DNA from: Squalus acanthias
Taxonomy: Eukaryota
Direction of reading: 5' to 3'
Length of the DNA: 64,000 nt
Assembly: GCA_030390025.1 (NCBI GenBank)
Contig: CM059438.1
Coordinates: forward strand, 58,840,001 to 58,904,000
Shown here: in pieces, positions 26,405-40,509 of the stretch
How positions within the stretch are numbered: position 1 is the stretch's first letter
How the letters are laid out: each line of letters begins with the position of its first letter
The notes under the pieces: generated by a model
What the model was told of the DNA's origin: nothing
The model's database searches: none
What the model saw: the letters and a program-made list of their open reading frames with translations, nothing else
Program-made: the position numbers and the translations under genes

Positions 26405-26994
26405 AAGCGCTTTGTTTCATGGATTGTGCTCAGATAGATCTCTGGGGCCACAGCCCAGAACTGTATATACATTCTGCACAGACTGCAGTCTGTTCCTACT
26501 GGAATTGGAGGAGAGAGTGGAAACCCATTGAGCACCATGAATCCCAAGGAGATGTGTTAATGGTTCAGAGCGAGAGATCTCAGAATTAGTGACATTTAGG
26601 ACTGAAAGCCAGAGTGCCTCACCCCTGTGGGTGAGAGTTTCCCACCTTAGTGCCTGCCGGCTGCGTGGGGAGGTAGATGCAACGCTTGCAGATTACTGTG
26701 CCACGGGTATCAGAAAGGGCCAGCTCAGTGTTTTGCTGAGTGAGTTGATCTCAACTGAGGCATCATTTGGGGGTGCTGCAATTTGCCTCAGTGCCCCCCA
26801 CCCCGGAGAAATAACCAGCTGTGATTCCTACTCCCGATAGATGAGGGAAGGCAGCACCTGTGGAACCTTACGCCAGCAAGAGTTAGTGAGCAGGAGGGAG
26901 GAGGGGAGAGGCCAATTATTTCTTAAATGATTCCAGGGTTTTTGTGCCCACTACTCTAGCTGAGAGTCCAATCGATGTGTTGTTCCATGCCTGT

Positions 26995-27400
26995 ATCACC
27001 CTCGCTTGAGAGTCAGAAGGTTGTGGGTTCAAGTCCCACTCCAGAGACTTGAGCACAAAAACCTAGGCTGACACTCGGTGCAGTGCTGAGGGAGCGCCGT
27101 CTTTCAGATGAGACACTAAACCAAGGCCCCGTCTGCCCTCTCAGGTGGACGTAAAAGATCCCACGGTTTTATTCAAAGAAGAGCAGGTGAGTTTCCTGGC
27201 CAATATTTATCCCGCAACCAACATCACTAAAACAGATTATCTGGTCATTACCACATTGCTGTTTGTGGGATCTTGCTGCGCACAAATTGGCTGCCGCGTT
27301 TCCTACATTACAACAGTGACTACACTCCAAAAGTTTTCATCGGCTGTCAAACACTTTGGGATATAAAGGTGCAGAATAAATATATAAATGGAATTAACTT
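26995..27400 (+). mobile_element. DeuSINE/SacSINE1-like SINE
   Basis: Head (gagtcagaaggttgtgggttcaagtccc) and core. Confidence 0.85.
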
Positions 27401-28137
27401 CTTTATTGTTAATCACTCTCTGTACTAAGCAGAACTTCCTGATACTAGTCCTAAATTTACTTTTTCCTAGCTTACACTAACATTCACGACTTACCTTGAG
27501 CGGAACAGGAGTCTGTGTCCATTTACAACCAGACTGTCTGATACAGTCCCACGGGTCACTGAGGCTGTCCCACCATGCTGAATATGGGGGAGGGGTAAAG
27601 CAGGGGCACAACAGGGGTATTTATATACTGCAGCACCGGCTGTATGTGCATACTGTTTATATATATTCTCCTCGCCTGAAGATCTGACTCAGGGTATGGG
27701 TTCCACAAGTGTTGGGCACCTCCAGTAACTGCCCTAAGTCCTCATTCTTCATGCGCGAGTCTAGAATGAAAGACAATGGGCGATTTTAGCACAGGGAGCG
27801 TCACACTGATCCTACTCCTGTCCTCACTCAACATCTGTACACATACTTTCCACGAGTTGGTCCCTGGACAGCCACCAGGAGCAGGAATCCTGCCTGATAC
27901 TCCTCGTCCTGGTGCAGTGATGTTGAGGCCAAGTGTGAGGCCCCTATCTATCACTGCGACTGGCCACATGGGCCATAATGGTCTCATCAAGTCCTGTATA
28001 TTCCTATGTACCACAACCCTGCGACCAGCTAACTCAGCACAGACCAGGGGCCATCCTGCTGTAACACTGGGCTACTCACGGGATCAATCTGCTGAATTAT
28101 CTCTGTACTTGCTCTGGGGCAGTCGTTTCCCTCTCGC

Positions 28138-28377
28138 TGTACTTTCAGTGGGTGAGGGCACTATCAGGTTGTTCAGTTTCCTATCTCTGTACTTTCAGTG
28201 GGTGAGGGCACTATCAGGTGGTTCAGTTTCCTCTCTCAGTGCCCTCACCCACTGAAAGTACAATCAGGTGGTTCAGTTTCCTCTCTCTCTACTTTCAGTG
28301 GGTGAGGACACTATCAGGTAGTTCAGTTTCCTCTCTCTGTACTTTCAGTGGGTGAGGACACTATCAGGTGGTTCAGT
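28138..28377. repeat. 50-bp tandem repeat, about 5 units, unit 3 carrying an in-place 25-bp inversion
   Basis: Units start at 28138, 28188, 28238, 28288 and 28338. 28238-28262 is the exact reverse complement of TGTACTTTCAGTGGGTGAGGGCACT. Confidence 0.92.
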
Positions 28378-30228
28378 CGAGTGAGCTTGATACCGAGTTT
28401 GACGTGTTTAGTGCTGTCGCCTACTCACAGCCACCAATCCAGTGCGGTAGTCGGTAGCAATCGTGGTGCTAAAGAGTTAAAGGCTGGTGCTAACATAAAG
28501 GACTCTGCACTACTCCTTGCCCCAGAGATTCAGTATTGTCTTTCCAATGCACTCCTTGGCAGTCTGCTGTGAATGTAATAAAGGCTGTAACCCAACCCCA
28601 AGGGTCCATGATCGGCCGATGGGGAACAATGGGAGAATGAGCTGTCAAAAAGAAACTTGAGGCTTTCAACTCGGAGAGACAGAAAGAGACACAAAGGCAT
28701 AGATCGAGAATGTAAACAGATGAACGTCCTACCGTTGGCAAGAAAGAACATGGAGACGAGCAGGATCCCGGTCTTCTAGCTCAGGAGCAGCAGAGCGCAA
28801 GCTGCGATATCGGCCTGTTTAGAAGGACCTTGGCCTGGTGATGCTTTATGTATCTGCTTATTGGAGCCATCTTTTCTCTTTTGCCCTGGGTATTACAGGA
28901 GTTACAAGTTGAGAGCCGTCCAGTCTGATACTAAAGCCACGTCTGCTGCCTGCCATGTTCCAGAGGCTGAACTATTACAGGATGTTACTGTCTCGGATCG
29001 CACCTAATAAATCACAAGAGCTGGATGACTGCCACTAACATTGTCTACTGTGTTGCAGTGAAGAGTCTGTGCATGCCTCGGCTGTCCAAAACACGCCAAG
29101 AGCAAAATAGAAGGATGGCTGGCACCAGTACGGCCCCTGAGAATCGTACCCTGTGATGAGCCGCACAACAGCAACAAGCACTGGAGATAATCGAGCAAAG
29201 GAGTGAGTACCACCCACATTCTGAGCATGGAGGCAGAAGGAAATGTGTTACACAGAAGTAAAGGTTAGGAATGGGTTCCCTCGAGCAGGATCAGAAACCG
29301 AATGAATTGTTTGGAGACACATTGGGTAGTGAAGAGTGAAAGGCAATCAAATACCATCAGATGCACAATCACACCAGAAGGACAATTAGCGCAGTCGGAA
29401 TCCAGTGCAGTTTAACAACAAGCCCCTTAAAGCGAACGAACGCACATGGAGCGTCACCAAGATCATCAAAAAGGGGGGCAGAGGGAGAGCTTCATTTTCA
29501 GTTTCATAAAATTAAAACCGGGGTTAGTTATCAATACACCTTGGGTGACTGGTTATCAACAAATCTAACAGGCTAGTTATTAAACCTGCCCCAGGCAGCC
29601 TCTCCCAGTGATAGTGTAACACCTCCTCCCCTCCAACCGATCGAGCTGTGCAAAATTCAGGCACTAAGATGGAGCAGCTGTTTGTGACCAGTGACCGGGT
29701 GATGATGTTTTCTTCTTCCACAACACCACCGTGCCCCTTTACCTCTTTCGCCCTCTCCTCCTTTATCAGCCAACTCTTGACCAAACATATGGGTTACCCC
29801 TCCTCATGTCTCCTGCCTTGGCTCAGCATCTGTTTATGCATCCACCCCTGTGATGTTCCTTGGCATATTTTTCTATGTTAAAAGCGTTCTAAAAATGCGA
29901 ATTGTTGTGTTTTCATGTGGGAAGGTTAGACATCCTGGTTAGGCGTTGGTGTCTGATCTGCCCACAATTGTCCATACATTTTACATTTTTTTTTATTAGC
30001 TAACTATAAATCTTCAAAAGTTCTCTCAATTCAGGAACCGTCCCTTTAGATTGGAAAATTGCGCATGTCACTCCACTTTTTAATAATGGCAAGAGAGGGA
30101 AACCAGGGAATTATAGACCAGTTAGCCTAACATCTGTTGTCAGGAAATTGCTAAAGTCTATAATTAAGATTAGGGTGACTGAACACCGTGAAAATTTTCA
30201 GTTGATCAGAGAGAGCCAGCATGGATTT

Positions 30229-33152
30229 AAGAACATGAGAACATAAGAACATGAGAACATAAGAAATAGGAGCAGGATTAGGCCACTTGGCCCCTCGAGC
30301 CTGTTCTGCCATTCAATAAGATCATGGCTGATCTTGGGCTCAAAGCCACTTCCCCACCCGCTCCCCATAACCCTTCACTCCCTTATCTTCAAAAAATTTG
30401 TCGATCGCCACCTTAAATGTATTTAATGACCAGCCTCCACAGCTCTCTGGGGCAGAGAATTCCACAAATTTACGACCCTCTGAGAGAAGAAATTCCTCCT
30501 CATCTCAGTTCTAAAAGGGCGACCCTTTATTCTGAAACTGTGCCCCCGCGTTCTAGATTTCCCCACAAGGGGAAAACATCCTCTCTGCATCTACCTTGTC
30601 GAGCCCCCTCAGTATCTTATATGTTTCGATAAGATCACCTCTCATCCTTCTAAATTCCAATGAGTATAGGCCCAGCCTGCTCAACCTTTCCTCATAAGTC
30701 AACCCCCTCATCTCTGGAATTAACCTAGTGAATCGTCTCTGAACTGCCTCCAATGCAAGTATATCCTTCCTTAAATAAGGAGACCAAAACTGTACGCAGT
30801 ACTCAAGGTGTGGTCTCACCAATACCCTGTACAGTTGTAGCAGGACTTCCCTGCTTTTATACTCCAACCCCCTTGAAATAAAGGCCAACATTCCATTTGC
30901 CTTTTTGATTACTTGCTGTACCTGCATGCTAACTTTTTGTGTTTCATGCACAAGGACCCCCAGGTCCCTCTGAACTGTAGCATTTTGTAATCTCTCTCCA
31001 TTTAAATAATAATTTGCTTTTTTATTTTCCCTGCCAAAGTGGATAACCTCGCACTTTCCCACATTATACTCCATCTGCCAAATGTTTGCCCACTCACTTA
31101 GCCTGTCTATATCCCTTTGCAGGTTCTTTGAGTCCTCTGCACAACTTCCTTTCCCACCCATCTTTGTATCATCCGCAAACTTGGCTACATTATACTCTGT
31201 CCCTTCATCCAAGTCATTAATGTAGATTGTAAATAGTTGAGGCCCCAGCACTGATCTCTGTGGCACCCCACTAGTTACCGTTTGCCAACCGGAAAATGAC
31301 CCATTTATCCCGACTCTCTGCTTTCTGTTAGTTAGCCAATTCTCTATCCATGCTAATATATTACCCCCAATTCCATGAGCTCTTATCTTATGCAGTAACC
31401 TTTTATGTGGTACCTTATCGAATGCCTTCTGGAAATCCAAATACACCACATCCACTGGTTCACCTTTATCAACCCTGCTCGTTACCTCCTCAAAGTTTGT
31501 TAAACATGATTTCCCTTTCATAAAACCATGCTGACTCTGCTTGACTGCATTATGATTTTCCAAATGCCCTGCTACTGCTTCCTTAATGAAGGACTCCAGC
31601 ATTTTCCCAACGACAGATGTTAGGCTAACTGGTCTATAGTTTCCTGCTTTCTGACTCCCTTCTTTCTTAAATAGGGGTGCTACATTTGCGGTTTTCCAAT
31701 TTGCTGGGGCCTCTCCAGAGTCCAGGGAATTTTGGTATATTGCAACCAATGCATCCACTATCTCTGCAGCCACTTCTTTTAAGACCCTGGGATGCAGGCC
31801 ATCTGGTCCAGGGGACTTGTCGCCTTTTAGTCCCATTATTTTACCAAGTACTATTTCCTTTCGTTCCCCCCTCCCTGTGGCCCCTTGATTATCCATTATT
31901 GGGATGTTGTTAGTATCTTCTACCATGAAGACAGATACAAAATATTTGTTCAGAGTCTCTGCCATTTCCCCGTTCCCCATTATTAATTCCCCAGTCTCAT
32001 ACTCTAAGGGACCAACATTTACTTTAGCTACCCTCTCCCTTTTTATATACTGTAGGAGCTCTTACTATCTGTTTTAATGTTTCTTGCCAGTTTACTCTCA
32101 TGATTCATCTTCTCTCTATTATTTTTTGTGTCATCTTTTGCTGGTTTTTAAATATTTCCCAATCCTCTGGTCTTCCACCAATCTTGGCAACATTGTATGC
32201 CTTCATTTTCAATTTGATACCATCCTTTACTTCCTTAGTTAGCCACGGATGGTGCTCCCTTCTCTTAAAATCTTTCTTTCTCACTGGAATATATTTTTGT
32301 TGAGAGTTATGAAATATCTCCTTAAATGTCCGCCACTGCATTTCAACTGTCTTACCCTTTAATTTATTTTTCCAGTCCACTTTAGCCAGTTCTACCCTCA
32401 TGCCACTGTAATTGCCTTTGTTTAAGATCAGGACACTGGTTTGAGATACAACTTTCTCACCCTCCAACTGAATGATAAAGGGCAACACGGTGGCATAGTG
32501 GTTAGCACTGGTGCCTCACAGCGTCAGGGACCTGGGTTCGAATCTGACCTCGGGTGACTGTCTGTGTGGAGTTTGCACATTCTCCCCGTGTCTGCATGGG
32601 TTTCCTCCGGGTGCTCCGGTTTCCTCCCACAGTCCAAAAATGTGCGGGTTAGGTTGATTTGGCTATGATAAATTGACCCTTAGTGTTAGGGGGGGATTAA
32701 ATATGTGGGGTTATGGGGATAGGATGGGATATGTTAGGGGGAATTAAATACGTGGGGTTACGGGGGTAGGTTGGGATATGTGTACTGTGGGGATTAAAGC
32801 AGGGACAGGGTACTGGATTTGGATGATCAGCCATGATCGTATTGAATGGTGGAGCAGGCTCGACGGGCCGAATGGCCTACTCCTGCTCCTAGATTCTATG
32901 TTTCTATGAAATTCAACCATGCTATGATCACTCTTTCCTGGAGGATCCTTTACTAGGAGATCATTTATTAATTCTGTCTCATTACACAGCACCAGATCCA
33001 AGATAGCCTGTTCCCTGGTTGGTTCCATTACATACTGTTCTAGGAAACCATCCCGGATGCACTCTATGAACTCCTCCTCAAGGCTAACATGGCCAATTTG
33101 ATTTGTCCAATCAATATGGAGATTAAAATCACCCATGATTATTACCGTACCT
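30229..33152 (-). mobile_element. CR1 LINE (-) from late endonuclease domain to 3' tail; RT ORF 30553-31980
   Basis: IIMGDFNL, ILDLVL, SDH, RT motifs and FADD; tail repeat (aagaacat)n at 30229-30265. Confidence 0.95.
32479..32907 (+). mobile_element. HE1-type V-SINE (tRNA head, V domain, CR1-derived tail)
   Basis: A box ggtggcatagtgg, B box ggttcgaatc, V-domain core tgtgtggagtttgcacattctccccgtgtctgc...gggtttcctccgggtgctccggtttcctcccac; 3' end closely matches the CR1 tail at 22690-22780. Confidence 0.9.
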
Positions 33153-34569
33153 TGTGAAAGGTAGGTCATGCCTGACAAACCTGATTGAATTTTTTGAGGA
33201 GGTGACTAAAGTAGTGGACAGGGGAATGTCTATGGATGTTATTTATATGGACTTCCAGAAGGCATTTGATAAAGTCCCACATAAGAGACTGTTAACTATG
33301 GTAGAAGCCCATGAAATTGAGGACAAATTATTGACCTGGTTAGGAAATTGGCCGAGCGGCAGGAGACAGAGAGTAGGGATAATGGGCACTCAAATTGGCA
33401 GGATGTGACTAGTGGTGTCCTGCAGGGATCTGTGTTGGGGCCTCAACTATTCACTGTATTTATTAATGACTTAGATGATGACATAGAAAGTCATATATCC
33501 AAATTTGCTGATGACCCAAAGATAGGCGGCATTGCAGGCAGTGTAGATGAAAGCATAAAATTACAAAGGGATATTGATAGATTAAGTGAATGGGCAAAAC
33601 TGTGGCAAATGGATTTCAATGTAAGCAAATGTGAGGTCATCCACTTCAGACCTAAAAAGGATAGAACAGGGTACTTTCTAAATGGTGAAAAGCTAAAAAC
33701 AGTGGAGGTCCAAAGAGACTTGGGGGGTTCAGGTACATAGATTAAAATGTCATGAACAAATACAGAAAATAATTTAAAAGGTTAATGCTGGTCTTTATAT
33801 CTAGAGGACTAGAGTACAAGGGGGTAGAAGTTATGCTACAGCTATACAAAGCCCTGGTTGGACCACACCTGGAGTACTGTGAGCAGTTCTGGGCACCACA
33901 CCTTAGGAAGGATATATTGGCCTTGGAGGGAGTGCAGCGTGGGTTTACCAGAATGATACCCAGACTTCAAGGGTTAAGATATGAGGCGAGATTACACAAA
34001 TTAGGATTGTATTCCATAGAATTTAGAAGGAAGAGGTGATCTGATTGAAGTTTTCAAGATATTAAGGGGAACAGATAGGGTAGATAGAGAGAAACTATTT
34101 CCGCTGGTTGGGGATTCTAGGACTAGGGGGCATAGTCTAAAAATTAGAGCCAGACCTTTCAGGAGTGAAACAAACACGCACACACACACAGGTAGAAGTT
34201 TGGAACTCTCTTCTGCAAACAGCAATTAATGCTATATCAATTATTAATTTTAAATCAGAGATTGATAGCTTTTTGTTAACTAAAGGTATTGAGGGAGATG
34301 GGCCAAAGGCAGGTATATGGAGTTAGATCGCAGATCAGCCATGATCTCATTGAATGGCGGAACAGGCTCGAGGGGCTCAATGGTCTATTCCTGTTCCTAT
34401 GTTTAAATTTTAAAGCTGTTGGAGGACTAATGTTGGCAGCGAGCGAGTGAGCCCATTCTATGTTACGATGTGATTGCATTAATTAGCACCTGATCATCAG
34501 CGTCACTGCTATTGCATAGCAGGTACCAGACTGCCCCTGTAGGACTTGGTGGCCCAGGTGCCATACCTC

Positions 34570-34908
34570 CAACAACTCGCCAAGGCTTCTTCAACCGCAC
34601 CTCTCAAACCCACGACCTCCACCACTCAGAAGGCTAAGGGCAGCAGGTGCATGGGAACACTATCACCTCTAAGTTCCCCTGCAAGTCACACACCATCCTG
34701 ACTTGGATATATATCTCCGATCCTTCATCAACGCTGGGTGAAAATCCTGGAACTCCCTCCCTAACAGCACTGTGGGAGTACCTTCACCACACGGACTGCA
34801 GGGGTTCAAGAAGGCGGCTCACCACCACCTTCTCAAGGGCAACTAGGAATGGGCAATAAATGCTGGCCTTGCCAGTGACGCCCATAAGTTGTGAATGGCA
34901 AAAAAAAA
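34570..34908 (+). mobile_element. 3' fragment of the 2640-4895 LINE family
   Basis: caactcgccaaggcttctt...aataaatgctggccttgccag followed by an A tail. Confidence 0.85.
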
Positions 34909-34939
34909 CTGGAGGATACCATTTCTCCAGAGTTACAAA

Positions 34940-35185
34940 TACAAAAGCAAAATACTGCGGATGCTGGAAATCTGAAATAAAATCAGAAAATGCTGGAAAT
35001 ACTCAGCAGGTCAGGCAGCATCTGTGGAGAGAGAAACAGAGTTAACGTTTCAGGTCTTTCCTCCCCTCCCCTCCCCCCTTTCCCTGCCTCTGTACTTGCT
35101 TAAAAACCTGTTACGTTTACTCTGTTTCTCTCTCCACAGATGCTGCCTGACCTGCTGAGTATTTCCAGCATTTTCTGTTTTTATA
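34940..35185. mobile_element. Penelope-like palindromic element (family A), second copy
   Basis: Same arms as 24026-24243, inverted around a pyrimidine-rich spacer. Confidence 0.75.
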
Positions 35186-36284
35186 TCTAGAGTTACTGTT
35201 TGGTTGAATATTAATTGTTTATGTAAGTGCATCCCTGAATTATTAATGCAGTATAATTTCTAACTTAGCATAGTGGGATGCTGTAACTAAATATCCTTTT
35301 GACAAATTAGTGTCTATCTTAAACACATCCAGGGATCAACATTAATCATTGCCCACTTGCTAGGGTTAAGTGCATGCAACTGTCCTTTGTACAGCTCTTA
35401 TCTACTCAGACAATGAGTGATAAATTATCTGACCTTGTCACTGATATAACTGTTGCAGCTTTAGGGTTTTGCTTTAGATATTCTCTCGGGTACAGTGGTA
35501 ATGGTCATTCACGCAAGCAGTTTGAGCATCTTACATATAGTATCTAACTTTAGGATAACGCAATCAAGGGTGAAACAATAGGACCAGAGTGTGATCTGAA
35601 CTGGATATTCGCTTCCTTTGTCCCCACGTGGCTCTCCAGTCTTCTCAAAGGCAGACTGAGCAAACACTTGGTAAGACAAGGCCAAAAACGAATCATTAAG
35701 CTGCTTTATTTGAGAACAAATGAACATACAACTATGACCAGACTCACTTAGGTCAGTCAGTACAACTTGTCTTTGCATAGAAACGCAAACTACACTACAC
35801 TTGCCCACATGAGTAGGTCATCTTACTTGACTTGAACAAAATAATTCCTAACTACCCTCCTGCTTACTAATCTGAGCCTGGGCAAAGCTTGCTATCACAG
35901 TTTTGTGTTTCAAAAACCTGACGGACTGCCTGTGTCTCTGTCTTCATCAACTGGTGATTACAGCCAGAAGGAAAGGCCTCCCAGACCACCCTGGACCAGA
36001 GACTTCCCAACTCAATGGGTATGAGCTGTTTACTTGAGACAATGAAGAAGAATTTGCACAGGAAAAATGTACTGGAAAGTGTTGTGTTTATTGAGCAGAG
36101 ATTCCCTCTGCCGCCTGGGCAGGCTCCTCGTCTCTCTCAGTAGGACTTTGATTCAGCGTTACTAATCGATTCAGGCAGCAGTATATTCCCACCACGTCCA
36201 TTTTTCTAACCAATCTAAATAGTTCACTACAAAAATGTGACAAGCTGTACACTATCCGCGCACACTGTGCACTGTGGTTACCAC

Positions 36285-37249
<965 letters not shown>

Positions 37250-37409
37250 CAGGATTCTTCACAAGGATTACTAATGGAGGCGGACAACGGGAATCGATCT
37301 TAACCCAGCACAAAACCACTGCCACACATCATCGAAAACCACACATCTCACTGTGCCTTATCTGATGTCAATGCAAGTGGATATCCAGCAGCAGTATAAC
37401 TGCACAAAT

Positions 37410-39817
37410 TGGACAGTGTGTTACAAAGGGAGCTGTGTGTACTGGACAGTGTGTTACACAGGGAGCTGTGTGTACTGGACAGTGTGTTACACAGAGAGCT
37501 GTGTGTACTGGACAGTGTGTTACACAGGGAGAACTGTGTGTACTGGACAGTGTGTTACACAGAGAGAGCTGTGTGTACTGGACAGTGTGTTACACAGGGA
37601 GAGCTGTGTGTACTGGACAGTGTGTTACACAGGGAGAGCTGTGTGTACTGGACAGTGTGTTACACAGGGAGAGCTGTGTGTACTGGACAGTGTGTTACAC
37701 AGGGAGAGCTGTGTGTACTGGACAGTGTGTTACACAAAGAGCTGTGTGTACTGGACAGTGTGTTACACAGGGAGAGCGGTGTGTACTGGACAGTGTGTTA
37801 CACAGAGAGCTGTGTGTACTGGACAGTGTGTTACACAGGGAGAGCTGTGTGTACTGGACAGTGTGTTACACAGAGAGAGAGCTGTGTGTACTGGACAGTG
37901 TGTTACACAGGGAGAGCTGTGTGTACTGGACAGTGTGTTACACAAAGAGCTGTGTGTACTGGACAGTGTGTTACACAGGGAGAGCGGTGTGTACTGGACA
38001 GTGTGTTACACAGAGAGCTGTGTGTACTGGACAGTGTGTTACACAGGGAGAGCTGTGTGTACTGGACAGTGTGTTACACAGAGAGAGAGCTGTGTGTACT
38101 GGACAGTGTGTTACACAGGGAGAGCTGTGTGTACTGGACAGTGTGTTACACAGGGAGAGCTGTGTGTACAGGACAGTGTGTTACACAGAGAGAGCTGTGT
38201 GTACTGGACAGTATGTTACACAGGGAGAGCGGTGTGTACTGGACAGTGTGTTACACAGAGAGCTGTGTGTACTGGACAGTGTGTTACACAGAGAGCTGTG
38301 TGTACTGGACAGTGTGTTACACAGGGAGAGCTGTGTGTACTGGACAGTGTGTTACACAGGGAGAGCGGTGTGTACTGGACAGTGTGTTACACAAAGAGCT
38401 GTGTGTACTGGACAGTGTGTTACACAGAGAGAGCTGTGTGTACTGGACAGTGTGTTACACAAAGAGCTGTGTGTACTGGACAGTGTGTTACACAGGGAGA
38501 GCTGTGTGTACTGGACAGTGTGTTACACAGAGAGAGAGCTGTGTGTACTGGACAGTGTGTTACACAGGGAGAGCTGTGTGTACTGGACAGTGTGTTACAC
38601 AGGGAGAGCTGTGTGTACTGGACAGTGTGTTACACAGAGAGAGAGCTGTGTGTACTGGACAGTGTGTTACACAGGGAGAGCTGTGTGTACAGGACAGTGT
38701 GTTACACAGGGAGAGCTGTGTGTACTGGACAGTGTGTTACACAGGGAGAGCGGTGTGTACTGGACAGTGTGTTACACAGGGAGAGCGGTGTGTACTGGAC
38801 AGTGTGTTACACAGGGAGAGCTGTGTGTACTGGACAGTGTGTTACACAAAGAGCTGTGTGTACTGGACAGTGTGTTACACAGGGAGAGCTGTGTGTACTG
38901 GACAGTGTGTTACACAGGGAGAGCTGTGTGTACTGGACAGTGTGTTACACAGGGAGAGCTGTGTGTACTGGACAGTGTGTTACACAGGGAGAGCTGTGTG
39001 TACTGGACAGTGTGTTACACAGGGAGAGCTGTGTGTACTGGACAGTGTGTTACACAGGGAGAGCTGTGTGTACTGGACAGTGTGTTACACAGGGAGAACG
39101 GTGTGTACTGGACAGTGTGTTACACAGAGAGCTGTGTGTACTGGACAGTGTGTTACACAGGGAGAGCTGTGTGTACTGGACAGTGTGTTACACAGGGAGA
39201 GCTGTGTGTACTGGACAGTGTGTTACACAGAGAGCTGTGTGTACTGGACAGTGTGTTACACAGGGAGAGCTGTGTGTACTGAACAGTGTGCTACACAGGG
39301 AGAGAGCTGTGTGTACTGGACAGTATGTTACACAGGGAGAGCTGTGTGTACTGGACAGTGTGTTACACAGAGAGCTGTGTGTACTGGACAGTGTGTTACA
39401 CAGGGAGAGCTGTGTGTACTGGACAGTGTGTTACACAGGGAGAGCTGTGTGTACTGGACAGTGTGTTACACAGAGAGCTGTGTGTACTGGACAGTGTGTT
39501 ACACAGGGAGAGCTGTGTGTACTGAACAGTGTGCTACACAGGGAGAGAGCTGTGTGTACTGGACAGTATGTTACACAGGGAGAGCTGTGTGTACTGGACA
39601 GTGTGTTACACAGAGAGCTGTGTGTACTGAACAGTGTGTTACACAGAGAGAGCTGTGTGTACTGGACAGTGTGTTACACAGGGAGAGCTGTGTGCACTGG
39701 ACAGTGTGTTACACAGGGAGAGCTGTGTGTACAGGACAGTGTGTTACACAGAGAGAGCTGTGTGTACTGGACAGTGTGCTACACAGGGAGAGCTGTGTGT
39801 ACTGGACAGTATGTTAC
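37410..39817. repeat. 35-bp (33/37-bp variants) minisatellite (CTGGACAGTGTGTTACACAGGGAGAGCTGTGTGTA)n
   Basis: About 2.4-kb tandem array; length variants arise from (GA)n slippage. Confidence 0.98.
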
Positions 39818-39940
39818 AATACTAAAGATTGTATTGTCTTTAAAAAAATTCTTGTAAAGTAAGAAATTCAATGATTAATTCCTGTAAAGTAATGCATGGA
39901 TTCTCTATATTTTTCAAAATGATAAACATATCACTGAGTC

Positions 39941-40428
39941 TGATTCCCCCTTTGGGAGCGTGACTGGGAATGTGATTCCCCCTTTGGGAGCGTGACTGGG
40001 AATGTGATTCCCCCTTTGGGAGCGTGACTGGGAGTGTGATTCCCCCTTTGGGAGCGTGACTGGGAATGTGATTCCCCCTTTGGGAGTGTGATTCCCCCTT
40101 TGGGAGCGTGACTGGGAGTGTGATTCCCCCTTTGGGAGCGTGACTGGGAATGTGATTCCCCCTTTGGGAGCGTGACTGGGAGTGTGATTCCCCCTTTGGG
40201 AGCGTGACTGGGAATGTGATTCCCCCTTTGGGAGTGTGATTCCCCCTTTGGGAGCGTGACTGGGAGTGTGATTCCCCCTTTGGGAGCGTGACTGGGAATG
40301 TGATTCCCCCTTTGGGAGCGTGACTGGGAATGTGATTCCCCCTTTGGGAGCGTGACTGGGAATGTGATTCCCCCTTTGGGAGCGTGACTGGGAATGTGAT
40401 TCCCCCTTTGGGAGCGTGACTGGGAGTG
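39941..40428. repeat. 32-bp minisatellite (TGATTCCCCCTTTGGGAGCGTGACTGGGAATG)n
   Basis: Tandem units, two of them shortened. Confidence 0.97.
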
Positions 40429-40509
40429 CGCTTCCCTTTGAGGAATGTCATGTGTAGAGCACCTCTTGTCTGGGAATGTCATTCAGAAAGTGCTTTCCTC
40501 TCTGGGAAT

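Larger units (their letters stand above)
29995..34405 (+). mobile_element. CR1 LINE (+), split by a nested CR1 (-)
   Basis: NYRPVSLTS...SQHGF ends at about 30228 and resumes as VKGRSCLTNLIEFFEEVT at about 33153; frameshifted RT continues to a tail at about 34400. Confidence 0.9.

Noticed and set aside
32479..32550. tRNA gene
   Set aside because: The A/B boxes are the head of an HE1-type SINE.
37353..39862. Three overlapping Cys-rich ORFs of 615-834 aa
   Set aside because: All three frames give the same cycling peptides because a stop-free 35-bp unit is repeated; this is a minisatellite artefact.
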